From: Chamaesiphon sp. | GTDB taxonomy: Bacteria; Cyanobacteriota; Cyanobacteriia; Cyanobacteriales; Chamaesiphonaceae | NCBI GenBank assembly: GCA_965246715.1 | Contig: CBDFFH010000051.1 | Location: forward strand, 160,001-224,000 | Length of the DNA: 64,000 nucleotides | Reading direction: 5' to 3' | Shown: piece by piece, positions 40,683 to 49,848 of the stretch | Numbering within the stretch: position 1 is the stretch's first letter | How the letters are laid out: each line of letters begins with the position of its first letter | Translations under genes and position numbers: made by a program | Notes under the pieces: model-generated | The model's database searches: none | Told to the model about the DNA's origin: nothing | The model's input: only the letters and a program-made list of their open reading frames with translations

Positions 40683-42473
40683 ATGCTATTGTTTCTCCGC
40701 ATTCAGAACTTCGCCCTCATTGATGAGTTAGAACTGGAATTTGGAGCCGGATTGAATGTTTTGACTGGCGAAACTGGGGCGGGTAAATCGATTATTCTCG
40801 ATGCGATCGATCTTGTCCTCGGCGGTAAGGCTAGTCCGCGCAATATTCGGACTGGCGCGGAAAAAGCCGTTATCGAGGGGACATTTAGCACGAACGAGCG
40901 GGTGCAAGGGTGGCTGCGCGATCGGGAATTCGATCTTGCCGAAGACGATACGGTAATTTGCAGTCGGGAATTGAGTCTCAGTGGTGTGAATTTGCGATCG
41001 CGAATGCGAGTGAATGGGGCGATTTGCAATCGCCAACTCGCACAAGAACTGCGCGAGCTATTGATTGAAATTACCGCTCAGGGGCAAACAGTTCGCCTCA
41101 CGAATCCCACCTACCAACGAGAACTCCTAGATTTACATGGCGGTGCACCACTGCTGCAACAGCGGGAGACGATCGCCAGTGCCCATAGTGCTTATCAGGC
41201 GATTTATCAAGCCTGGATCGATCGACAACAAAACGAACAGCAACGACTCCAACGCATCGATTTATTACAGTATCAAGCCGAAGAACTCGATCGTGCAAAT
41301 CTAACCGAAGCCGACGAACAGATCCAGATCGAAGAAGAACGCCAACGTCTGACCCATGTGGTCGATCTCCAGCAACAAAGCTATGCCGTGTATCAATTAC
41401 TCTATCAAAACGATACCGGAGAAGCGATCGCTGTTGCCGATCTGTTGGGTAAAGCCGAATCCACCCTGATCGACATGGTCGACATCGATGCTAGCCTACA
41501 ATCCACGCTCGATCTCGTCAGCCTTGCCCTCGCCCAAGTCACTGAAGCCGGACGCGAAATTAATTATTATGGCGATGCGCTCGAAGCAGATCCCGATCGG
41601 TTATTAGAGATCGAAGAACGCATCCGCACGCTCAAGCTGATTTGCCGCAAATATGGCCCCAGCCTGACGGAAGCGATCGAGCATCAACTCTCTATTCAAA
41701 CCGAATTAAACCAGCTTACAGGGGCAGGAGTCTCGCTCGAAGAACTAGAACAACAAGCTAACGATCTACACGATCGACTCGAGCGAGCTTGCGCTGAATT
41801 AACTGCGCTCCGTCAACAAGCCGCGATCGATCTCGAACGCCAACTGATCGGCGAACTCAAGCCATTGGCGATGGATAAGGTGCAATTTCAAGTCGAAATC
41901 CTGCCCCAATTGCCCACCCCGAATGGAGCCGATAGTATTGCCTTTAACTTCAGCCCCAACCCTGGCGAACCGTTGCAACCGCTAGCTGCGACGGCTTCCG
42001 GTGGCGAAATGAGCCGCTTTTTACTAGCGCTCAAAGCCTGTTTTTCTAATAATGGCGGTGTCGGAACGCTGATTTTTGATGAAATCGATGCGGGCGTATC
42101 GGGTAAAGTCGCCCAATCGATCGCGAGCAAACTTCATCACCTGAGCCAATCTCAACAAATTCTCTGTGTCACCCACCAACCACTAATTGCAGCGATGGCC
42201 GATCGGCACTTCCGGGTCGCTAAAGAAACAACCGATCGCGGTAATGGTAGCAATGGTAACTCAGCGCACGAACGCACGATCGTCCGGATCGAAGAACTCC
42301 AATCCCAACACCAACGCCGCGACGAAATCGCCCAAATTGCCGGCGGACAATCAGCGCAAGAAGCCATCTCCTTCGCAACATCGTTGTTATCTCAGGCAAA
42401 GACGCGCAAGCAAGAAGTCAAACCGGGTAATGCTCGATCGAAAGTCAAAGCACAGCGCAAGAATCAACCTTAG
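40683..42473 (+). CDS. recN: DNA repair protein RecN
   Basis: TGETGAGKS, ASGGEMSR, FDEIDAG, VTHQP. Confidence 0.97.
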   Translation: MLLFLRIQNFALIDELELEFGAGLNVLTGETGAGKSIILDAIDLVLGGKASPRNIRTGAEKAVIEGTFSTNERVQGWLRDREFDLAEDDTVICSRELSLSGVNLRSRMRVNGAICNRQLAQELRELLIEITAQGQTVRLTNPTYQRELLDLHGGAPLLQQRETIASAHSAYQAIYQAWIDRQQNEQQRLQRIDLLQYQAEELDRANLTEADEQIQIEEERQRLTHVVDLQQQSYAVYQLLYQNDTGEAIAVADLLGKAESTLIDMVDIDASLQSTLDLVSLALAQVTEAGREINYYGDALEADPDRLLEIEERIRTLKLICRKYGPSLTEAIEHQLSIQTELNQLTGAGVSLEELEQQANDLHDRLERACAELTALRQQAAIDLERQLIGELKPLAMDKVQFQVEILPQLPTPNGADSIAFNFSPNPGEPLQPLAATASGGEMSRFLLALKACFSNNGGVGTLIFDEIDAGVSGKVAQSIASKLHHLSQSQQILCVTHQPLIAAMADRHFRVAKETTDRGNGSNGNSAHERTIVRIEELQSQHQRRDEIAQIAGGQSAQEAISFATSLLSQAKTRKQEVKPGNARSKVKAQRKNQP

Positions 42474-42539
42474 CCGGGACAGTCTCGATCGAAGGTCAAA
42501 TCTCGCAGTATGAGGTTGTGTGGGGGAAGCGTAGATCTG

Positions 42540-42656
42540 ACCCACCTCACCGCTTCGCTGCACCCCTGTCTTGAAAAGGTGCTCTACTTGGGGAAACCCC
42601 AAGACCACTGGGCTGGTCACCCGACCAGTTGCACTTTCCGCTCCGAGGAGGGGAAT
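42540..42656 (-). repeat. Host repeat interrupted by a GCG...CAAGACA element with a nested 24-nt hairpin
   Basis: Element 42567-42641; inner insert 42607-42630. Confidence 0.8.
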
Positions 42657-42680
42657 TTATTAGCCACTAGCCACTAGCCA

Positions 42681-43109
42681 CTAATCACAAGGCTTACCTG
42701 TATATCGATCGACGGCTACCAGACTTTGCTGTGGATCGTTGAGTGTTTTGAGGACGCACCGTGTCAAAATCGCGCGCGGATAGGTACTCGGTTGTTGGTA
42801 GATGACGATCGGTTGGGGATTGGTGACGATTGGGTGTTGAGGTAGAGTGCTAGGATACGCAGCTGGGTTGCGATAATAATAATTACCCATGGCATTAGGA
42901 AATGGATAGTCACCTACGCCGATTTGGGTCGTTACATTAGTTGTGACGTTATTTGGTGATGGAGTATAAATCGTGGTTGAATGAAAGCCGCCTAATGGAA
43001 TCCGTACGATCCCAGGGCTACCGATGACGCTCTGCGCTCTGACTGGGGCAGGCACTAGCGACGCAAGCGCTGTCATGGCGATCGTCAACCAACAAACTAA
43101 AGATTTCAT
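42681..43109 (-). CDS. Secreted P/T/Y-rich hypothetical protein, paralogue A
   Basis: Signal ending VRA; IPLGGF.STT; C-terminal C...AVDRYTGKPC. Confidence 0.8.
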   Translation of the reverse strand: MKSLVCWLTIAMTALASLVPAPVRAQSVIGSPGIVRIPLGGFHSTTIYTPSPNNVTTNVTTQIGVGDYPFPNAMGNYYYRNPAAYPSTLPQHPIVTNPQPIVIYQQPSTYPRAILTRCVLKTLNDPQQSLVAVDRYTGKPCD

Positions 43110-43156
43110 TACCTACAGGGCGAGCGATGCTCGCCAGTTAGATGTGCGCGTCGAAT

Positions 43157-43651
43157 TTATCGACAGGGTAGTCCGGTAAAGCGATCGATCGCGACTGGAC
43201 TGGAAATCGGACTACCGACGATCGAGGTGGAACAAGTAGATCCGATTGCAGGTGGGTATGGACTATTTTTTTGAATGATAACCGACGGTTGCGCGTATCC
43301 CGGTCGAGCGTATCCGCCATAGAAATCGCTCGAGTTGGGAAATAAATTGGTACCTGGGTAAATATTTTGATAGACCGGAATTCCTGAAGTAGGCGATGAG
43401 CCGATCCCGTAATAAATCCCGGTTGCGTTTGGTGCTGAATTTGTTCCGTAACTAGTATTTCCACCGATCTGAGTTGTTACAGAATTACTCGAATTGCTAC
43501 CAGTAAATGGGACGTAGTAAGTAGTCGTCGATGAGTAGCCACCTAACGGAATGCCTTGGTTGACTACTTGAGCTGTGACAAGATGGGGTGTGAGTACAGC
43601 GGTAGCTGTAACTGTGGCTAGGAGAGCGGACAGACGGGCTAAATATTTCAT
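43157..43651 (-). CDS. Secreted P/T/Y-rich hypothetical protein, paralogue B
   Basis: Start MKYL at 43651; QGIPLGGYSS; CSTSIVGSPISSPVAIDRFTGLPC. Confidence 0.8.
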   Translation of the reverse strand: MKYLARLSALLATVTATAVLTPHLVTAQVVNQGIPLGGYSSTTTYYVPFTGSNSSNSVTTQIGGNTSYGTNSAPNATGIYYGIGSSPTSGIPVYQNIYPGTNLFPNSSDFYGGYARPGYAQPSVIIQKNSPYPPAIGSTCSTSIVGSPISSPVAIDRFTGLPCR

Positions 43652-43980
43652 ACTAGGTGCTACAAGATAGGCGGTACCCGCCATTTAAATGTTGTAACGG
43701 CGATCGCGATCCATATTACTAACTTGGCCCAATACTGTGCCCAGCAGCAGGTTCGGTCGGATGCAAGCGTCGCTGCTTCGCAATCAAGTCTCGATCGATG
43801 GTTCGCTCCCAATCGATAGCCATCTGCCATCAACTGGGTTAAATTTGTAACAATCAACTAAATTGCGACCGCTTAGTTCCATTGTAGCGATCTCACCAAA
43901 TGACTTATCTGTCAAATGGGACATTAAGTTCACCCAATCGAACTATTTATCTACTCACATCTTGCATCATAGATAAGTAA

Positions 43981-44379
43981 TTATTGACACGGTTGGCCGG
44001 TAAATCGATCGATTGCAATCGGACTAGGAATTGGACTACCGACGATCGAAGTCGTACACCGAGACGGAACGGCACGGGGATAGTTAGTATTCGGTCGGAC
44101 GATAATAACAGTTGGATCGATAGACTGACGGTAACGTTGGCGATAAGATCTACCCCGATAGCTAGAATTGGTCTGGATATAAGATTCGTTACTCGGGTAA
44201 AGATTTGGGCTGACTGGGGCAGCTGTCGGTGTTTGTTGAGCTGGTACGGAGATCGTTATCGAAGAATAGCCTTGCTGGGGTAAGCCTTGCGTCACTGTAT
44301 TTTGCGCTCTTATCGCTCCTGGCAAGAGTAGGGTAATCGCTGTAGTAGCGATCGCCGCTAAATAAGTTAAATTTTTCAT
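43981..44379 (-). CDS. Secreted P/T/Y-rich hypothetical protein, paralogue C
   Basis: Start MKNL at 44379 with GAGG RBS; CTTSIVGSPIPSPIAIDRFTGQPC. Confidence 0.8.
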   Translation of the reverse strand: MKNLTYLAAIATTAITLLLPGAIRAQNTVTQGLPQQGYSSITISVPAQQTPTAAPVSPNLYPSNESYIQTNSSYRGRSYRQRYRQSIDPTVIIVRPNTNYPRAVPSRCTTSIVGSPIPSPIAIDRFTGQPCQ

Positions 44380-44424
44380 CGTCTTACCTCTAAATATCAC
44401 AATTTTAACCATTTATTCCCTACT

Positions 44425-44520
44425 CTTAAAGCAATCGATCGACTGACTACGCTGCAAGATAAGCTGCTGGAGTATCGCTCGGATGGGCTAATACTTGGCT
44501 AGCTGATAAATCCGCAAAAT
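44425..44520 (+). pseudogene. Uma2/DUF820 endonuclease fragment
   Basis: LKAIDRLTTLQDKLLEYRSDGLILG*LINPQN matches the Uma2 K..EY...G..LGWLI.P motif with W changed to stop. Confidence 0.6.
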
Positions 44521-44526
44521 CTATAG

Positions 44527-44670
44527 GCAGGGTGGTTTCATACACTAGAAGAAAATCTCTTAGTTCGCTGAAGTGAACTTTCGCTATTAGCCCGAAATTC
44601 ATTTCAGGGCGGTTGAATACTAAGCACCAGAGTTGGGGCATTTTCCTTTTGGTGGATGAAACCACCCTGC
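44527..44670. mobile_element. MITE with 15-bp perfect TIR
   Basis: GCAGGGTGGTTTCAT / ATGAAACCACCCTGC; REP-like cargo. Confidence 0.8.
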
Positions 44671-44708
44671 TTGTGGATACCCTTAAGGGGAGCAGCTGGC
44701 AGACAGAA

Positions 44709-46139
44709 TTATGCTACTGACTTTGCCCAATTTTGTGCCCAATCGAGGGTTTGATGGACTCGATCGATCGTTGCTGCTTCGCAATACAGTCTGAGGACAG
44801 GTTCGGTACCGCTAAATCTAATTAACAACCAACTGCCATCAGCGAGATTAAATTTGTAACCATCTGCTAAATTCCGATCGAGTACTGTGACATCGCCAAT
44901 TTCATCAAACGGTTTGCTCTCCAATTGCGCCATTAACTTCGATCGCTCGTCCATACTATTGAGATGGAGATCGACCCGATCGTAAGCAAAATGATAGTCT
45001 GTTTGAGCCTGAAGTTGACGATACAAATCGCCTAAATCCTGCCCCGATTTAGCGATTGCTTCGAGTAGATATAATGCTGAGAGCAAAGCGTCGCGTTCGG
45101 GAATATGATTGCCATAACCGATGCCGCCAGATTCCTCGCCACCGATCAGCACTGGTGTCGTTAACATCCGATCGGCAATATATTTATACCCGATCGGGGT
45201 TTCATAAATCGGCAGATCGTATAACTTCGCCATCCGTGGCACGAGATTGGAAGTACTGACAGTCTTGATAATCTCGCCTGTAAAGCCACGTCGTTTGGCT
45301 AAATGCTCGATTAAAACTGGAATCAAAAATTGCGAACTTAAAAACTCACCAGCGCTATCTACTGCTGCAATTCGATCGCAGTCGCCATCAAATACCAAGC
45401 CGACTTTTACTCCAGCATCACTCTGATGGCTACGAATTACCCGCATCAACTGCGATAAGTATTTTGCCAATGGTTCGGGCGCAGCACCGTCGAATAACGG
45501 ATCGGTGTTGCTATTTAATTCAATAATCGGTTTACCCAGCAATCGATCCAATCCAGTGCTAGATGCACCATGCATCGCATCAGAGAATACAGTTAGTTTA
45601 CCTGTTGCGATCGCCGTTTGAATGCTCGCCAGATCGACTTTACCCCGTAACTCCTGACAATAACTTTCCCACGGATCGAAAGTAGTCAAAGTTCCTGCTT
45701 GCCTAGCGGGTAAGGCTTTCCCCCACCGTGCTTCGATTTTTTGGGTCATTTCTGGCGGTACCGACCCCCCAAAATTCCCTTTCACTTTTAAACCTAAATA
45801 GTCGCCAGGATTGTGGCTGGCGGTAATTACCAACGCACCGAGCGCATTTTGACTGTGTGCCGCCCAACTAAATGCTGGCGTAGGTGCGTAAGTCTCGCTG
45901 AGGATAACATCGAATCCAGCCAGCCGCACTGCTTCCGCCATCCGCTTGGCAAAGGTTTCCGCCATAAATCGGCGATCGAATCCCACGATAATCTTGCGAT
46001 TGCCCGTCTTGGCACTATAAGTATCTGCTAAAATTTCAGCCGCCAGCGGTGCCACGCTTAATAAGCGATCGAATGTAAACTCCGCACCGATTACGCCCCG
46101 CCAACCATCTGTCCCAAATTTAATTGCGTCCATGTTCAT
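44709..46139 (-). CDS. Phosphoglucomutase/phosphomannomutase family protein
   Basis: FGTDGWRG, TASHNP, DGDCDR, GEESGG, RFSGTEP. Confidence 0.95.
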   Translation of the reverse strand: MNMDAIKFGTDGWRGVIGAEFTFDRLLSVAPLAAEILADTYSAKTGNRKIIVGFDRRFMAETFAKRMAEAVRLAGFDVILSETYAPTPAFSWAAHSQNALGALVITASHNPGDYLGLKVKGNFGGSVPPEMTQKIEARWGKALPARQAGTLTTFDPWESYCQELRGKVDLASIQTAIATGKLTVFSDAMHGASSTGLDRLLGKPIIELNSNTDPLFDGAAPEPLAKYLSQLMRVIRSHQSDAGVKVGLVFDGDCDRIAAVDSAGEFLSSQFLIPVLIEHLAKRRGFTGEIIKTVSTSNLVPRMAKLYDLPIYETPIGYKYIADRMLTTPVLIGGEESGGIGYGNHIPERDALLSALYLLEAIAKSGQDLGDLYRQLQAQTDYHFAYDRVDLHLNSMDERSKLMAQLESKPFDEIGDVTVLDRNLADGYKFNLADGSWLLIRFSGTEPVLRLYCEAATIDRVHQTLDWAQNWAKSVA

Positions 46140-46201
46140 CAGCTCATTTATCTTGCAGCTTCACTATTTTACAGATGAGACGGCTAGGTTTAAGTTAAAA
46201 A

Positions 46202-46412
46202 ACTCGGATCGATCGATTCTTCCTTTCGGAACAGGATACAGGTGGTGGCAATCTTTTTAATGTGAGTCTAGCCAAGAGATGGTTGTGGGAGACTTCCGGG
46301 TCTTTACTGTTCGAACGCGAGCACGGATCTTTAGCTCCGTGCTCGCGTTCGAACATCTACACTACATCAATTTTAGGTCGCTCGGCAATTAGTCTCAGTG
46401 ACGATCTGAAGT
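46202..46412 (-). ncRNA. ssrS: 6S RNA (cyanobacterial ssaA/ssrS), ends approximate, with extended apical stem
   Basis: Minus-strand blocks TGCCGAG, TTGATG, AAAGAC..GGAAGT, AACCATCTCTTGG and AAAAGATTG..ACCACCT resemble cyanobacterial 6S as I recall it; TACAAT -10 at 46424-46419. Confidence 0.72.
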
Positions 46413-46564
46413 TGTTATATTGTAATCAAAGTTACTAACAAAATCTAATCCTTGTGTATTTCTGAAAGAATACATTTCGTGTATATTTTAACGTAATATA
46501 TATTTTTTGTTATAAAATTATATTTAAAATATCATTTTTTTTCACGTTATTCAAATAGTCCCTA

Positions 46565-47524
46565 ATGAAAACTCCAGTTGCCTTCCTAATTTTCAATCGA
46601 CCCGATACAACAGAAATAGTATTCGAGCGGATTCGCCAGGCGCAACCTCCAAAGCTATTAGTAGTAGCAGATGGCCCTCGTCAACATAAAGTTGGTGAAG
46701 CTCAAAAGTGTGCTTCAACTCGCGCAATTATCGATCGAGTCGATTGGCCATGTGAGGTAGTAACCAACTATTCAGATATTAACTTGGGTTGTAAGCGTCG
46801 GGTTTCGAGTGGGATCGATTGGGTATTCGAACAAGTTGAAGAAGCGATTATTTTAGAGGATGATTGTTTGCCAGATCTAAGTTTTTTTCGTTATTGTGAC
46901 GAGCTATTGGAGCGGTATCGACACGATACTCGGATCGTGTTTATCTCTGGCGATAACTTCCAATTTGGTCGCAAGAGTATGCCCTATAGCTACTATTTTT
47001 CTAGATGTATTAATAACACACCCCCGATCTGGGGATGGGCAACATGGCGCAGGTCTTGGCAATATTATGATGTCGATCTCAAATTGTGGGAGATTATGCC
47101 AAATGATGACTGGTTGGAAGATATCCTCAAAGACCGTATGCTGGTAAAAAGGTGGAAGCAAAGATTCCAGTCTATTTACGATAAAAGTTTCGATACGTGG
47201 GATTATCAATTAGTATTTTCTTGCTGGGTTCAGAGTGGATTGATTATCTTACCAAATGTTAATCTAGTTAGTAATATTGGCTATGGGCCGGAGGCGACTC
47301 ATTCCAAAGCAATAATTACTGAGTTTGCAAACATGCCAGTTGAATCGATGTCCTTTCCACTGAAACATAGCGAGTTTACGATTTGCGATACTAAGGCAGA
47401 TCGATACTCTAGTGACTCTAGCAAAAGGTTGACTAGATTAATCCAGATTATTCGCAATCCCTTGAGATTAAAACATATTCTTGATAATTATCGAAATAGC
47501 AAGATGAATTCGACTGATAATTAA
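46565..47524 (+). CDS. GT-A fold glycosyltransferase (HlpA-like nucleotide-diphospho-sugar transferase)
   Basis: FNRP, ADGPR, IILEDDC, WGWATW, TWDYQ, NLVSNIG. Confidence 0.88.
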   Translation: MKTPVAFLIFNRPDTTEIVFERIRQAQPPKLLVVADGPRQHKVGEAQKCASTRAIIDRVDWPCEVVTNYSDINLGCKRRVSSGIDWVFEQVEEAIILEDDCLPDLSFFRYCDELLERYRHDTRIVFISGDNFQFGRKSMPYSYYFSRCINNTPPIWGWATWRRSWQYYDVDLKLWEIMPNDDWLEDILKDRMLVKRWKQRFQSIYDKSFDTWDYQLVFSCWVQSGLIILPNVNLVSNIGYGPEATHSKAIITEFANMPVESMSFPLKHSEFTICDTKADRYSSDSSKRLTRLIQIIRNPLRLKHILDNYRNSKMNSTDN

Positions 47525-47525
47525 G

Positions 47526-48095
47526 TTAATCTAATTGCTCGCTCGCTAGCATTTCCTGTTCCAAGAGCAGTATTCCCCGGGATCTTGCCATAATTCGTTT
47601 AGCAGGATTTCCCAGGTATACACTCCAAGGTTCTAGCTTACCTCTTACTACCGATAGTGCGCCAACAGATGTACCTTCACCTAGTTCGCTACCCGGAAGC
47701 AAGACAGAATTAGAGCCAACAACAGCATGTCTCCCCAGCCTTACTGGGATATGTTTTAGCCGCCTAAATCTATCCGGCACAGTAGGATTAGTCATTCCTT
47801 TGGTAAAATCATCGGTTGATGAGAAAACCGCAACTTTATTTGAAATACCGCTAAAATCTTCAAAATCGATCGGCGCTTGTCCGACAACACTAGCAAATGC
47901 TGAAATGTGGACATTCCGACCGATCCTAATGCCTCCTGTACCAGCAGATATGATACAAAAATCGTCTATTCTTACGTAATCGCCAAGATATATATTTTTA
48001 GTATTGTAATAAGATCCTTTGGTCGACAATAGGACGTTTTTACCTACAGCACCAAATCCCATTTCTATTAATTCATTCTGCGTTAGCCAAGACAT
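47526..48095 (-). CDS. Hexapeptide-repeat sugar O/N-acyltransferase
   Basis: VRIDDFC, IGRNVHI, GNPA left-handed beta-helix repeats. Confidence 0.88.
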   Translation of the reverse strand: MSWLTQNELIEMGFGAVGKNVLLSTKGSYYNTKNIYLGDYVRIDDFCIISAGTGGIRIGRNVHISAFASVVGQAPIDFEDFSGISNKVAVFSSTDDFTKGMTNPTVPDRFRRLKHIPVRLGRHAVVGSNSVLLPGSELGEGTSVGALSVVRGKLEPWSVYLGNPAKRIMARSRGILLLEQEMLASEQLD

Positions 48096-48119
48096 ATATA
48101 ACTGTATTAATTGATATAA

Positions 48120-48289
48120 CGTGAGTTCGGGATAAGAGGAGCCTGGAGACTTTAGTCTCGGCTCATGATAATTGTTCCGCCTACGCGGACTAATATATCA
48201 TGAGCGCAGGCGGACTTTGTATCATGAGTACCGATTTTAATCCTTGTGAGGTAGTGGAACGGAGCAAATATCATTAAGCCGAACTCACG
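48120..48289. mobile_element. MITE, sister of 37809-38030
   Basis: CGTGAGTTCGG / CCGAACTCACG; shared GAGGAGCCTGGAGACT...GTCTCGGCTCATGAT. Confidence 0.85.
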
Positions 48290-48557
48290 TTAAATATGAG
48301 TCTGGTACATAGCCAATCCCACATCGATCGCAATACCATCCATTAACAAATTGCTCTAATGGAAGTGGCAAAAGTATCGAGCGATCGCACTCATCCACCG
48401 CTAAGTTATCCCTTCTGCGATAACCAGCACTATTATCTCGTTTAAAAGCTTCCGCTGGCGAATATTTTGCCAGCATTAAAAGTTTTAGTCTGATGCTTTC
48501 CTTCGATTTACATTGAGGACAACGTTCGCGACAAAGCTTATTTGGTTTCTTGCTCAT
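48285..48557 (-). CDS. Small hypothetical protein with two CxxC motifs
   Basis: CPQC...WYCDRC; probable ATG at 48557; stop lies inside the MITE end. Confidence 0.6.
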   Translation of the reverse strand: MSKKPNKLCRERCPQCKSKESIRLKLLMLAKYSPAEAFKRDNSAGYRRRDNLAVDECDRSILLPLPLEQFVNGWYCDRCGIGYVPDSYLT

Positions 48558-48595
48558 CTGAGTTACTACTACCCACGCGACATCGAATTTCAAGT

Positions 48596-49234
48596 CTACG
48601 CCAAAGCATCCTTAAGCGCAGTTCTTGCGGCTAAATGATTGCGGGTAGAAGTGAGAATTTCTACTTCCCGTTCTAGTCGAGTCGTAGTATCTTGCATTTC
48701 TAATAAAGCTTGTTGTTCCGCAGCTACGCCATAGAGATGGCTGGCAACCCAATAGGAAAGTTCGATCGGTAAACTGGGCAAACTTTCTGGTAATTCGATC
48801 GGTTGCTCTGTCAGCTTCCCTGACAAATGCACCACATCGCGCAATAACCCTTCTACATTGGTCGCTAGGGGACGCAAATCTTCTTCAGTAGGACGATCTT
48901 CAATCCACTCCACCAACCCCACTCGATAGGGCTTCTCGCGGACGTATTCTAGGACGCGGAAGCGTTGCTGCCCCATTGTCAAAACTTTCATGCGATCGTC
49001 GGGCAACTTCTGGAAATGCACGATCTCCGCACAACAACCGATTTCAGCAGGTTGACCGCGAACGGGGTCCCACATGAGTACGCCAAATCTGCGATCGCTT
49101 TCCATGACGGTATTCATCATGATCCGATAGCGAAATTCAAAAATATGCAGCGGTAACGGACGACTTGGAAACAGCACCAGTTCGGGCAGCGGAAACAGGG
49201 GAATTTCTCTCACGGCGATTGAAGAAGGTGCCAT
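48596..49234 (-). CDS. LON peptidase N-terminal (substrate-binding) domain protein
   Basis: PLFPL..LVLFP, LHIFE.RYR, GQQRF. Confidence 0.93.
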   Translation of the reverse strand: MAPSSIAVREIPLFPLPELVLFPSRPLPLHIFEFRYRIMMNTVMESDRRFGVLMWDPVRGQPAEIGCCAEIVHFQKLPDDRMKVLTMGQQRFRVLEYVREKPYRVGLVEWIEDRPTEEDLRPLATNVEGLLRDVVHLSGKLTEQPIELPESLPSLPIELSYWVASHLYGVAAEQQALLEMQDTTTRLEREVEILTSTRNHLAARTALKDALA

Positions 49235-49347
49235 ATAAATTATGAATTATGAATTGTGAATTATGAATTATAATTCATATCTTTTGGTGGTGTCGCTCTA
49301 CTCCCCCAGCCAAATGCCAGGGATAAGCAGAGCAAGTACTCTTCCAA

Positions 49348-49665
49348 TTATAGCTTCACTTCAATGTCTACACCTGCTGGTAGATCTAATTTCATCAGAG
49401 CGTCGATCGTTTTTGCAGACGGATCCTTGATGTCGATGATCCGGCGATGCGTCCGTGTTTCAAAGTGTTCGCGCGAATCTTTGTCAACGTGAGGCGAACG
49501 GAGAACACAATAAATCCTGCGACGAGTTGGCAAGGGAATCGGGCCGATTGCAGTTGCGCCAGTGCGATTGGCAGTTTCGACGATCTTATCGCAGGAGGTA
49601 TCGAGGAGACGGCGATCGAATGCTTTCAAACGAATCCGAATCTTTTGCTGAGTTACAGTAGCCAT
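49348..49665 (-). CDS. rpsJ: 30S ribosomal protein S10
   Basis: [31 protein letters not shown]. Confidence 0.99.
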   Translation of the reverse strand: MATVTQQKIRIRLKAFDRRLLDTSCDKIVETANRTGATAIGPIPLPTRRRIYCVLRSPHVDKDSREHFETRTHRRIIDIKDPSAKTIDALMKLDLPAGVDIEVKL

Positions 49666-49848
49666 AATTATACTTTCAGGTTGTCAAGGTACGGTGGAAA
49701 ATCTGAGTTATGAATTATGAAATTCATGATTCTAACTCTTTATTGCTGGGCTTTGGATTATAGCAGTTTTCACACTGCGTTAGATTCCAGACAGACAAAG
49801 ATAGAGATGCACCGAAGTACATCTCTATCTATTGTTTAGGTGATTAAC

